Assembly (NCBI GenBank): GCA_965226495.1
Contig: OZ245365.1
Span: forward strand, 2,528,001-2,592,000
From: Candidatus Marinacidobacterales bacterium
GTDB taxonomy: Bacteria; Acidobacteriota; Vicinamibacteria; Marinacidobacterales; DATDRI01
Direction of reading: 5' to 3'
Length of the DNA stretch: 64,000 bases
Part shown: positions 9,302 to 18,524 of the stretch, one piece after another
Position numbering within the stretch: position 1 is the first letter of the stretch
Layout of the letters: each line of letters opens with the position of its first letter
Program-made: the position numbers and the translations under genes
Notes under the pieces: model-generated
Database searches by the model: none
What the model was told of the DNA's origin: nothing
Seen by the model: the letters and a program-made list of their open reading frames with translations, nothing else

Positions 9302-11332
9302 CGAGGACTACATTACCGCGATCAAGGTAGGCGCAAAAGTCATCGTAGAATGGTGTCGGTAGCTCTCACGGAAAACCAAACAGGGTCCCGACGCTTGTTG
9401 GCCGCTTTGCGTCTCTGCCTTCGCGTATTCTTGTTGACATGTAGAAAAACTGATCTATCCTACATTGCCCAACGGCGCGGTGTTCCAGTCCACGGGTCCC
9501 CGCTAGGCCCGGCGCTCATGACGCCTGTTACTGAATTTCCTCCACTAAACGACATCAAAGCGGCTGGTTCAACCCGCCTTCGGCGCCTCGAATCAACGGC
9601 TCTCGAATCTTGTCTCGGAGGAACGTCATGAAACGCTTACGAGTATCAAAAATCGCGATCGGCCTGCTTGGCGTGTGCCTCCCCCTCGCCGCCCAAGGTA
9701 CTTCGCAAAGCGGTTACCAACAGTTGGTCACCCTCGACAAAGAGTTCCTGGAATTCGCGAAACCCAAGCAAGTCGACGGCATCCCGGACTACGGTTCCGA
9801 GGCGATGAAGGCGCAGAAGAAAGGCCTGGAAAACCTTCGGCAGCGTTTGGCGGCCATCGACGCCGACTCCTGGCCGACTAACCAAAAGGTGGACTATCTC
9901 CTGGTGTGGGCCAGGCTCAATGAGCTCGACTTCGCCCACCGCGTGATGCGACCCTGGGCCCGAGACCCGACGCTCTACCTCGACCTGGTGAACCGTTTGC
10001 CCTATATCGAGGTTCCCGTCCCGGAAGGCAAAGCGGCTCCGGCAGGTCCGAGAAAACTTCATCCGGTTATCCCGCGCATGTCGAAGACCGAGTTCCGCAA
10101 CAAGTTACAAGCGGTGCCCGAGATCATGGCCGAGGCCCAGACCAACCTGACGGTTCCCGTGGGAGAGCTCGCCCATATCACACTTTTCCATCTAGAGAAT
10201 TTCGACGGTGTGGGAGCGCGGGAGCCCTACCGCGATGAGCCGCCTGACGGCACCATCGGTTGGTATCAAGACTTGTGTGAGCGGCTCGCGCAACACCAAT
10301 CGGACCTCGTCTCCGATTGCCAAAACGCCCTCAAGGCCCTCGAAGGCTATCGGGATTGGCTCAAGGCGAAGGTCGACGAGATGCCCCAGTCGGCGGCCAT
10401 CGGAATAGACAATTTCAACTGGTACCTCAAGTACGTCCGGCTCGTACCTTTCACGGTGGACGAGTTGGAAGCGCATGGCGAGCGGGAGCTGCAGCGCTAC
10501 CGCGTCAGTTACATCATTGAGCGGAACAAGAATCGCAACTTACCCGAGCTCAAACTGACAGAGTCCAGAGAAGAGCACGAGGAGCGGACACGGAAAGCGG
10601 AGCAGAAGATTCGAGCTCTTATTGCCTGGCAGGACCTCTTGACCATCCCGGACTATATGCCCCCGGAGTTCGAAACCGACGTGTTCTGGAGCTCGAGAGC
10701 GCCGATCAAACGGCACTTCTGGGAGGAGATTCAGTTCCGGAACGCGCTCAACAACCACATCCACGCGTCCATCCCCGGACATCGTTTCGACGTAAGGCTC
10801 CGGGACCACCTCACCAGCCCCATCCGTCGTACCTATAATGACTGGAATCGCAGGCAAGGATGGGCAGTCTATCTCGAGGAGATGTTCGTACTGGCCGGTC
10901 TCACCGATGACAACCCTCGCGCCGCCGAGCTCTTCTACGCTGCTCTCATGAAACGGGCAAGCCGGATCTTCGCAGAGACGAAAATGCACAGTGGCGAGTT
11001 CACGCTGGCCGAGGCCAATCAGTTGATGATTGACTCCGTTCCCTTCATGGAAGAGGACTTAGGGCGTTACGACCTGGAGGGTTATCTACGCCGCCCCGGC
11101 GGGGGGAGCAGCTACCAGATTGGGAAAATACAAGTCGAACAATTAATGTTCGATCGGGCAACGCAGCTGGGAGATGAGTTCAATCTGAAGGCCTTCCACG
11201 ACGAATTTCTGTCCAAGGGCATCATCCCGGTAACCTTGATTCGCTGGGAAATGACCGGTTTGGACGATGAAGTAAAGCCGCTGTGGGTAGAAGCAGTTGG
11301 GCCGCAACCGTCGGAGGATTAGGCTCCGTCTA
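9302..11332 (+). repeat. 2,031-bp direct repeat, copy 2
   Basis: Matches 5210-7240; includes the last ~60 bp of the M20 gene, the promoter and the DUF885 gene. Confidence 0.95.
9628..11322 (+). CDS. DUF885 family exported protein, copy 2 (identical protein)
   Basis: Translation identical to copy 1. Confidence 0.85.
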   Translation: MKRLRVSKIAIGLLGVCLPLAAQGTSQSGYQQLVTLDKEFLEFAKPKQVDGIPDYGSEAMKAQKKGLENLRQRLAAIDADSWPTNQKVDYLLVWARLNELDFAHRVMRPWARDPTLYLDLVNRLPYIEVPVPEGKAAPAGPRKLHPVIPRMSKTEFRNKLQAVPEIMAEAQTNLTVPVGELAHITLFHLENFDGVGAREPYRDEPPDGTIGWYQDLCERLAQHQSDLVSDCQNALKALEGYRDWLKAKVDEMPQSAAIGIDNFNWYLKYVRLVPFTVDELEAHGERELQRYRVSYIIERNKNRNLPELKLTESREEHEERTRKAEQKIRALIAWQDLLTIPDYMPPEFETDVFWSSRAPIKRHFWEEIQFRNALNNHIHASIPGHRFDVRLRDHLTSPIRRTYNDWNRRQGWAVYLEEMFVLAGLTDDNPRAAELFYAALMKRASRIFAETKMHSGEFTLAEANQLMIDSVPFMEEDLGRYDLEGYLRRPGGGSSYQIGKIQVEQLMFDRATQLGDEFNLKAFHDEFLSKGIIPVTLIRWEMTGLDDEVKPLWVEAVGPQPSED

Positions 11333-11370
11333 AGCTTGGGCGAATAATTCTATGACCGAAGGAGGTCATC

Positions 11371-13113
11371 ATGACTCGCATAGCAAAACCAATCATATTG
11401 GCACTAGGTATCGGGGTCTGTGTTGGATGTGGTGAAGTAGGCGAAGATACTTCCGCGCAACAGGCGGGGTTAGATTTAATCATCCACAACGCGAAAATCG
11501 TGACGGTGGACGAAAACTTCTCGATCGCTGAGGCAGTAGCTATAAAGGATGGTGTGTTCGTGGCCGTTGGAACGGACTCCGAAGTGCTCGCCATGGCTGG
11601 CCGGGAAACACGGCAGGTGGATCTAGAGGGTAGGACGATGCTGCCGGGGTTCAACGACACGCACAGTCATGTGGTGAAGATGGGCCTCAACCTTCCGGCG
11701 TCGATCGATCTCACCTCGGTGGAGTCGATAGCCGACATTGGGGAGGTCGTTGCCGAGCGCGTGGCGAAGTCGGAGCCCGGCGAGTGGATCTTTAGTGAGG
11801 GTGGCTGGTGGCAGTTCATGCTGGCCGAGGGGCGTTTGCCGAACCGCCATGACCTTGACCCGGTGTCGCCGGAAAACCCGGTCGTCCTACGAGGGGGGCA
11901 CTACTGGATCGCTAATGGCTTGGCGCTGGAGAGCCTCGGCTACACGAAAGAGACACCGAATCCTCCCGGGGGCGAGATCTGGAAAGACGACGACGGCGAG
12001 CCTACCGGGTTTCTGCTAAAAGCCGCGCGCGATCCCTTGGCACAATACGTTCCCAAGCTGACCCGAGAGGAACAGCTAGGCGGCATTCGACAGGCGCTTA
12101 GGCGGGTAAACAGCTGGGGGATAACGAGCTTTCGGGAAGCCGGGGGTACCAAGGAGCATGTCGGGATGCTGCGGGAGCTCTATGACAACGGCGAGCTGAC
12201 GGCACGAGTGGATTGGTGTTACGACGTCGACCCAAACACGCCAGAAGCGGAGCTCGACGCTCTGTTCGAGGCGCTCGGCCCCCCAAACCAGAAATGGGGT
12301 GATGGGATGTTTCGGGCCGATGGACTTGCGGAGATAGGCTTGGATGGCGCAGAGGAATCTGCGTTTCTTCGCAGTGCATACCAAGGTCGTCCAGACTTTT
12401 TTGGCGTGCAGGTCGTCTCCCAGGAACAGTTCAACCTGTTCGCGGCTGCTGCGGCTCGCCATGGCTGGCGTCCGGGCCCGCACGTGGTGGGCGATGCCGC
12501 TATCGACCAAGCGCTCGAGTCATTTGAATACGCTAATGCCGAGACCTCGATTGTCGGTAAGCGTTGGATCCTCGATCACGGCATCCTGCTGCTGCCGGAC
12601 CATTATGATCGGGTCAAACAGCTGGAGTTGATCGTCAACGCGCAACCCCGGCACAACTATATTATCGGAGATAAGTTCACCGAGTTCTGGGGTAAAGAGC
12701 GAGCTGACATGGCGTATCGCTTCAGGGATTGGATTGATAACGGCATCACTGTGGCGTTCGGAGCGGACAGGCCCATTTCTGTACGTTCAACTCCTTTGAT
12801 GCAGATCGACATAGCGGTTACGCGCCAGACAGGCTGGGGGGGCGTCCTCGGCGCGGACCAAGGGATCTCCCGCGAGGAGGCTATCCGCTTGATAACGCGC
12901 GCATCGGCTTACACCTCTTTCGAGGAGGACAAGAAGGGCTCGATCGAGCCGGGTATGTACGCGGATCTTGTCGTCTTGGCGGAGGACATTCTCACCGTTC
13001 CGGCCGAAGACATCAACGACATCGAGGTTGTGGCAACGGTGCTTGCCGGAGAAACGGTCTACGGGTCTCTCACACAGGAAAGCAAGAACACACGAACAAG
13101 CAGTCTAAGGTGA
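11371..13113 (+). CDS. Amidohydrolase family 3 (YtcJ-like) lipoprotein
   Basis: Lipobox CVGC; MLPGFNDTHSH, HVVGDAA and KGSIEPGMYADLVVL motifs; strong RBS. Confidence 0.85.
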   Translation: MTRIAKPIILALGIGVCVGCGEVGEDTSAQQAGLDLIIHNAKIVTVDENFSIAEAVAIKDGVFVAVGTDSEVLAMAGRETRQVDLEGRTMLPGFNDTHSHVVKMGLNLPASIDLTSVESIADIGEVVAERVAKSEPGEWIFSEGGWWQFMLAEGRLPNRHDLDPVSPENPVVLRGGHYWIANGLALESLGYTKETPNPPGGEIWKDDDGEPTGFLLKAARDPLAQYVPKLTREEQLGGIRQALRRVNSWGITSFREAGGTKEHVGMLRELYDNGELTARVDWCYDVDPNTPEAELDALFEALGPPNQKWGDGMFRADGLAEIGLDGAEESAFLRSAYQGRPDFFGVQVVSQEQFNLFAAAAARHGWRPGPHVVGDAAIDQALESFEYANAETSIVGKRWILDHGILLLPDHYDRVKQLELIVNAQPRHNYIIGDKFTEFWGKERADMAYRFRDWIDNGITVAFGADRPISVRSTPLMQIDIAVTRQTGWGGVLGADQGISREEAIRLITRASAYTSFEEDKKGSIEPGMYADLVVLAEDILTVPAEDINDIEVVATVLAGETVYGSLTQESKNTRTSSLR

Positions 13114-13162
13114 CCGTGCTCAACTGGTAAGTGTCTAACGGTGTGTCGCCTGACTATCTCGG

Positions 13163-14986
13163 TCACTTGCTGCCGAGGGTTCCTCCCAGGCGTACCAGCT
13201 CTTGGTTGTGCGGCCATCGCGCGAGCCCATCCTCGAGAAACCGGCGGGCCTCGCTTTCCTCACCCGACTGCACGTAGGCCCGGACGACTCTCACACAGAC
13301 TTCGGGTGATGGAGCGAGCTCGAACGCCTTTCGCAGGAGTTGGAGGGCTTCCCGGTGGCGCCCAACTTGACTGAGGGCGGTGCCCAGATTGAGGTAAGCC
13401 TTCACGAGCTCCGGCTCATAGGATATAGCCGCCTCAAAGGACCTGATAGCTGCGGACAAGTTACCGGAGCGTGCCTCCAGCGTGCCGAGGTTGTTGTGGG
13501 CCTCGGCAAAGTAGGGGCGTAGCTCGAGGGCGCGACGATACGCATCTCGTGCCTTGGCCTGCTGCCCGAGCGCCGCCGAGGCGTAACCGAGATTGTTATG
13601 GGCGTCCGCCAACCGCGGGTTCAAAGCGACCGCTTCCTCGAACGCGCGTCCCGCCTCTTTCCATCTTTGTTGGTTGAGCATCACCGTCCCGAGGTTGTAG
13701 TGTACCTGAGCCGCCGACTGACCCTTCTCGATGGCCTGTCGATAGAGCACCTCGGCGTGGCTCCAGTAGCCGCGCTCCGCGAACGCGTTTCCGAGCGCAA
13801 AATCGTTCCGAAAGAACTCGCCCACCAAATTGATGCCGTCGAAAGGGAGCCCGAGATGCTCCCGCTCTTCGGCGGTCCGAGGGATCCGTCTCGAGTCGGT
13901 CACAATTTCATCGACCCCGACAGCGCCGCGGTAGACTTTGACGATCCTTCCTCGCTCGTCGATAAGAAAGCTCATTGGAACACCCAAGTCCGAAACGCGG
14001 TCGTAAAGATTGGAGGCCAGAACCTTATAGACCCCCACCATCTCCTCATTGGCAATGAGCAGCGGGAAGTCGAGACCGAGCTCTGCCTGGAACGCGCGCA
14101 CAGCTTGCTCCGCCGGTGGCTCATCCACCGAGACCGCCAAGAGGGTGACGCCCGACGCCTCCAGCTCCGATCTCTTGGCCTTGAAATCGAGGAGCTCACC
14201 GCGGCAAGGGGCACACCAGCTCGCCCAGAAGTTCAGTAGCACCTTGCTTCCCTCGAGACTCGCAAGGCTGTGCGAATTGCCGTCTAAGTCGTCCAACGTG
14301 AAATCAGGGGCGGGCAAAGGATCCAGAAGCCACGTTCCCCGACGGGAGGCAGGCATGGCCCTGTCGGCTTTCGGAGCCGGTGTGACTCGGGATGGCTGGA
14401 AACGCTCTCGCCTGTAGTTCTCTTCCCCTTCGACCACGTAGATGACGTGATTGGCTGGGACGGACCGTAACGTTTGCACGAATCCGTTCGTCCAACGTAT
14501 GACGACCTTTTCTATTTTCCCCAAGCCTTCGAGGCCAAAATGCAAAGCCCGGCTACTTTGGGATAAATAGCCGCTCGCCGCACTCACGGTCTTTTGTCGG
14601 GTGGCGCCGGCTGCGTGCACCTCGACGCGCACGCCGATGGCGTCACGGTTGCTCGAGCGACCCTCCAAGACGAACCTAACAGCGGCCCGCCCGTTTGCCA
14701 GGTCGTTCCGCAGAAGCCGTAGCTGAGGCGCGTTTCGACTCTTGAGTGCAATATCGATGTCACCATCTAGGTCATAGTCGAATGCGACGAACGCTCGCCC
14801 GTCTTGGGGAAAGTCGAGCCCGCTGATACCTGAGGCGTCGATGAAGGTGCCATCACCGTTGTTCAAGTAGAAACAATTGCGCTCGTGTCCGCTCCAGCTT
14901 CCGTCACCGCGGATGAGTCGATCGATCGCGCTCCAGCTTCGCTCGTAAAGCTCCACCGCTTTTCTGTCATTGGGTGAGCGCGACAC
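13163..14986 (-). CDS. ASPIC/UnbV, redoxin and TPR portion (conventional call if there is no readthrough)
   Basis: SNRDAIGVRV...GYLSQSSRALHFGL (UnbV); LLNFWASWCAPC (TlpA-like); C-terminal TPR repeats; no obvious RBS before GTG 14986. Confidence 0.75.
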   Translation of the reverse strand: MSRSPNDRKAVELYERSWSAIDRLIRGDGSWSGHERNCFYLNNGDGTFIDASGISGLDFPQDGRAFVAFDYDLDGDIDIALKSRNAPQLRLLRNDLANGRAAVRFVLEGRSSNRDAIGVRVEVHAAGATRQKTVSAASGYLSQSSRALHFGLEGLGKIEKVVIRWTNGFVQTLRSVPANHVIYVVEGEENYRRERFQPSRVTPAPKADRAMPASRRGTWLLDPLPAPDFTLDDLDGNSHSLASLEGSKVLLNFWASWCAPCRGELLDFKAKRSELEASGVTLLAVSVDEPPAEQAVRAFQAELGLDFPLLIANEEMVGVYKVLASNLYDRVSDLGVPMSFLIDERGRIVKVYRGAVGVDEIVTDSRRIPRTAEEREHLGLPFDGINLVGEFFRNDFALGNAFAERGYWSHAEVLYRQAIEKGQSAAQVHYNLGTVMLNQQRWKEAGRAFEEAVALNPRLADAHNNLGYASAALGQQAKARDAYRRALELRPYFAEAHNNLGTLEARSGNLSAAIRSFEAAISYEPELVKAYLNLGTALSQVGRHREALQLLRKAFELAPSPEVCVRVVRAYVQSGEESEARRFLEDGLARWPHNQELVRLGGTLGSK

Positions 14987-16828
14987 GACCTGCCGCCAAA
15001 AGAAACTTCAAAGGTCCTTCGTAGAGGTATTGGTAATGTAACCGTTGACGGTATAGAGATCGTCATTCCCGTCGTTGTCGCAATCGAAAAAATCGCTACT
15101 CCAGGCCCATCGCCCGAACTCCACTCCTGCCTCCTCAGCCACCTCTTCGAACCTTTCTCCCCCTAGATTGCGAAAAAGACTGTTTCCCTTGGCATGCCGT
15201 ACGTAGCTGCTCTGTGCCTCTCCGGCGTGGTAACCCGCCTGCGCAGTTAGGCGCAGCCCAGCAGAGGACCACATGTTGCCGATATAGAGATCATCCTTGC
15301 CATCGAGATCGTAGTCCGTCCAGGCCACACTCATGCCGGCCCCGATATCCTCTACCCCCGCCTCTCGACTCATCTCGACGAAAGTGCCGCTCACGTTCCG
15401 ATACAGATTGTTACGGCCGAAATCGTTCGCCACATAAAGGTCTAGCCAGCCATCGTTGTCGAAATCACCCCAAGAAGAGGAAAAACTGAAGCGATCGTTT
15501 CCGGCCTCTAGACCCGAACCAGAGGTGACGTCTTCGAACCTGCCGTCACCCTCATTCCGGAAGAGTATGTTTGGAGGCCCATTGGTGGCATCATGATAGG
15601 GGTAAGGCAGCGCAAGTGCGGTGTCCTCTCCGGGAGCGTCGACGTATCGGTAGCAGGTGACATAGAGGTCGAGGTCGCCGTCATTGTCATAGTCTGCCAG
15701 AGATGCCGAGCTAAGAGTCGCCTTGACTCCCTCCCTTCTCTCCAACGAATTGCGTGAAGGATCGAATCTCCCTTCGCCGTCGTTCAAGAGAAGCACGACG
15801 TTCCAGTTTTGGATGACCACAAGTAGATCTTGATCGCCGTCATTATCGACGTCACCGAAGAGGCCCATGGAGGTCCGTTCTAGCATGTCGATCCCCGACG
15901 CTTGGCTGATGTCCTCAAACGTCCCGTCGCCCCGGTTGCGGTAGAGCCGGTTGGGGAGTCCTTGCGGCTGGGCCACGAAAAGATCCTCGAGTCGGTCGTT
16001 ATCGACATCCCCCACCGCGAGTCCATTGTGCCCGTAGAGATCAACTCCACTGGCAGCGTCCATCCCAGCGCGGAAGTAATCGATACCCAGCCGCATCTGT
16101 TCCCAGTAGGAGGCTTCCTCGGCCCAGGCGATGCTACTCACGTCGGTAAAGAAGGGCGCCGCCGAATCGCCGCCGGTGGCGGGCTCGAGCTCGAGGCGCT
16201 TCATTTTCCAGACGCCATCGGAAAGGACCCAGTCGAGTCGCCACCAACCTAAACGGGAAATGATCTCGTTCCGCGCCCCTCGCCCCACCAGGTCGTACAA
16301 GACGCGAGTCCGTGCCTGGGCCGGAGCAGCATCCGAGGGAGCTCCCAGCTCGATGCTCACGATCTTGAACTTGAGTTCAGAAAAGGAATTGAAATCTTGA
16401 ACCCAAGACAAAAATTCTGCAGGCGCCTGGGCCGCGCCCACCGAAAGCTCATCTTTGTAGCTAAACCGGTAGAGTCGAACCCCGGGTGGTGCGGCGACCG
16501 GTTCGCTCGATACCGGAGCTAAAGATGTTGTCCGAAACTCCGCCCCGACCAGCGAGGCGATCGGTTCTGGGCGACGAGCTCGTAAGGCTTCTTCGAGTAC
16601 GTGAAGTCTCTTGTCGAGTGCTTCCGTGACCACCTCGGTCGCCCACCGATCTTGTTCGGCATCCACCGCGACGAAGAGGGACTCGACTGCGGAAGGCTTA
16701 GAAACGTAACCCCGGACTGGGAAGATTTGCTGGCTGTCTTCCGATTGTGGGTACCCTTCTGAATCGAGCGTCGGATGGATTAGGAGTAACAGGGCCACAC
16801 ATACCAAACGAGGGAACGACTCGACCAT
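13163..16828 (-). CDS. Putative UGA-readthrough (selenocysteine) protein: signal peptide, FG-GAP/CRTAC1-like repeats, ASPIC/UnbV, redoxin (WCAPC) and TPR, ~1,221 aa
   Basis: ORFs 15008-16939 and 13163-14986 are in the same frame, separated by TGA (15008-15010) and 7 sense codons: ...STKDL-TGA-SFFWRQVVSRSP...; FG-GAP repeats continue on both sides; SECIS-like hairpin follows. Confidence 0.7.
14980..15010 (-). promoter_or_regulatory. Candidate bacterial SECIS element after in-frame UGA
   Basis: UGA-AGUUUCUUUUG-GCGGCA-GGUCG-UGUCGC: 6-bp stem, G-first loop starting 18 nt after UGA; shares GCAGGUC with the E. coli fdhF SECIS. Confidence 0.6.
15008..16828 (-). CDS. FG-GAP/CRTAC1-like repeat portion (conventional call)
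   Basis: Multiple DxDNDGxxDL Ca-binding repeats; signal-like N-terminus from ATG 16828. Confidence 0.8.
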   Translation of the reverse strand: MVESFPRLVCVALLLLIHPTLDSEGYPQSEDSQQIFPVRGYVSKPSAVESLFVAVDAEQDRWATEVVTEALDKRLHVLEEALRARRPEPIASLVGAEFRTTSLAPVSSEPVAAPPGVRLYRFSYKDELSVGAAQAPAEFLSWVQDFNSFSELKFKIVSIELGAPSDAAPAQARTRVLYDLVGRGARNEIISRLGWWRLDWVLSDGVWKMKRLELEPATGGDSAAPFFTDVSSIAWAEEASYWEQMRLGIDYFRAGMDAASGVDLYGHNGLAVGDVDNDRLEDLFVAQPQGLPNRLYRNRGDGTFEDISQASGIDMLERTSMGLFGDVDNDGDQDLLVVIQNWNVVLLLNDGEGRFDPSRNSLERREGVKATLSSASLADYDNDGDLDLYVTCYRYVDAPGEDTALALPYPYHDATNGPPNILFRNEGDGRFEDVTSGSGLEAGNDRFSFSSSWGDFDNDGWLDLYVANDFGRNNLYRNVSGTFVEMSREAGVEDIGAGMSVAWTDYDLDGKDDLYIGNMWSSAGLRLTAQAGYHAGEAQSSYVRHAKGNSLFRNLGGERFEEVAEEAGVEFGRWAWSSDFFDCDNDGNDDLYTVNGYITNTSTKDL

Positions 16829-17085
16829 ATTGGAATCTCTGGCTCCGACCCGAAAGCGGTGTGTGCTCGCTGGCAGTATCCTATCACGGGCACACGAAAA
16901 AAAGGGCCTCGCGATGGGGATCCCCCCCTGCGATGCCATCGGACGGAGATTGACTTCCCCCGGCTACGGCAGCATAGTGTCGGCGCACCGGGCCGGCGCA
17001 TCCGTAATTCTCCACCATCCTCCTCGGTCACACAGTCCCCCGGCAAAGGGCGCCCATCCCCGGTAAGCCGTTGTGGAGTCATATC

Positions 17086-18501
17086 ATGTCTAGACAGAGC
17101 TCAACTCAAAGATTGCTGTCCCTCTCCGTGATCCTGGTCGGATGGTTCGTGCTATCGGGCCATGCGCCCCAAGCGGAAGAACCGGTACTCGTGATTCGCG
17201 GAGCGACCCTTATCGATGGAACCGGGGGGGCTCCCCTTCCCGACTCGTCGGTCATCGTCCGAGGCAATACTATTGAGGCGGTCGCCTCGGTCGGCCCGGC
17301 GCCTCCCCCAGCGAACGCAACCGTTATCGATGCGCGGGGGAAATATCTATTACCCGGGATCATTGATTCCCATTCGCACATCGACAAACCAAACGGTGTC
17401 GGGTTGACGGATGAGCAAAAGGCGATCGTCCAAGACCACAATCTGAAGGCCTATTTATATAGCGGCATCACGACGGCGGTGACCCTCGCGGCGACCGATC
17501 GCGAGTGGATGTTGGAGCAACGGCGCTTGGCTCGAGACCATGAAATCGTCTCGCCTCGTCTGCTTACCGGTCTGGTCCGGTTTACCGCCCCGGATGGTTG
17601 GGCCGGTCGAAGCGGGCAGCCGGTCGCGTCCAAAGCAGACGTCGACCACATATTCCAGGACTCGATCGACAATCATGCCGACCTCGTCTTTGCCATCTAT
17701 GACGATGGGGTGGGTGCCGCCAAGATCTATCCGCGTTTGGACCCGCTGTTGCTTGGGCGTGTGGCCGACCTGTCGAGAGAGCACAAGTTGCCGCTCTACA
17801 TTCATGCCGTGGACATCGAGGAGTACCGTGTCTCCGTCGCCGTCGGCCCACGCGCCATCGTCCTCGCGTTAGAGGACCCCATCGCCGAGGACGACCCGCT
17901 CCTTCAGGAGATGGTCTCGAAGAACGTGTTCTTGGTGCCGAGCATAGTGAATTTCGAATCGTTTTATCGGGTGACCGACAATCCCGCGCTTCTCGATGAG
18001 CCTGTCCTGAATCAGACATTCCCCGACTATTTGATCGCGAGTGTGCGCGATCCGGACAACATCGAGGCCGCGGTCGCCCGGCTAGAGGGCGTCCTCCAAA
18101 CCGACGCCCTGGAGTGGGCCCGGCAAGCGGTTCCCATCATGAAAGAGAACACGAAGAAATTCTTCGACGCCGGTGTCATCATCGCGGTCGGCGCGGATTC
18201 GGGTGGTGCGGTCGTTCACAATTTCCAGGGCTATAACCTCATCCGCGAGTTCGAGCTTCTTGTTGAGTGCGGACTCACCCCCATGGATGCGATTGTTGCG
18301 GGGACCAAGAACGGGGCGATGATGATTGGAATGGACGACCGGCTCGGAACCATCGAGCCCGGGAAATTGGCCGATATGATCCTGCTGGACGAGGATCCCC
18401 TGGAGAACATTAGTAATCTGCGAACCGTCGATCGAGTGATTCTGAACGGCAAGGTTATGAAACGTGACGAGCTCCGCTACGGCGATAAGCCGGAGTCATG
18501 A
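17086..18501 (+). CDS. Exported amidohydrolase family protein (paralog 1)
   Basis: Signal peptide; PGIIDSHSH, GADSG and LGTIEPGKLAD motifs. Confidence 0.85.
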   Translation: MSRQSSTQRLLSLSVILVGWFVLSGHAPQAEEPVLVIRGATLIDGTGGAPLPDSSVIVRGNTIEAVASVGPAPPPANATVIDARGKYLLPGIIDSHSHIDKPNGVGLTDEQKAIVQDHNLKAYLYSGITTAVTLAATDREWMLEQRRLARDHEIVSPRLLTGLVRFTAPDGWAGRSGQPVASKADVDHIFQDSIDNHADLVFAIYDDGVGAAKIYPRLDPLLLGRVADLSREHKLPLYIHAVDIEEYRVSVAVGPRAIVLALEDPIAEDDPLLQEMVSKNVFLVPSIVNFESFYRVTDNPALLDEPVLNQTFPDYLIASVRDPDNIEAAVARLEGVLQTDALEWARQAVPIMKENTKKFFDAGVIIAVGADSGGAVVHNFQGYNLIREFELLVECGLTPMDAIVAGTKNGAMMIGMDDRLGTIEPGKLADMILLDEDPLENISNLRTVDRVILNGKVMKRDELRYGDKPES

Positions 18502-18524
18502 GTCCGTTGACTAGGAGAGTGCTT

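Noticed and set aside
5210-11332. Composite transposon interpretation of the duplication
   Set aside because: The repeats encode DUF885, with no transposase, terminal inverted repeats or target-site duplication seen
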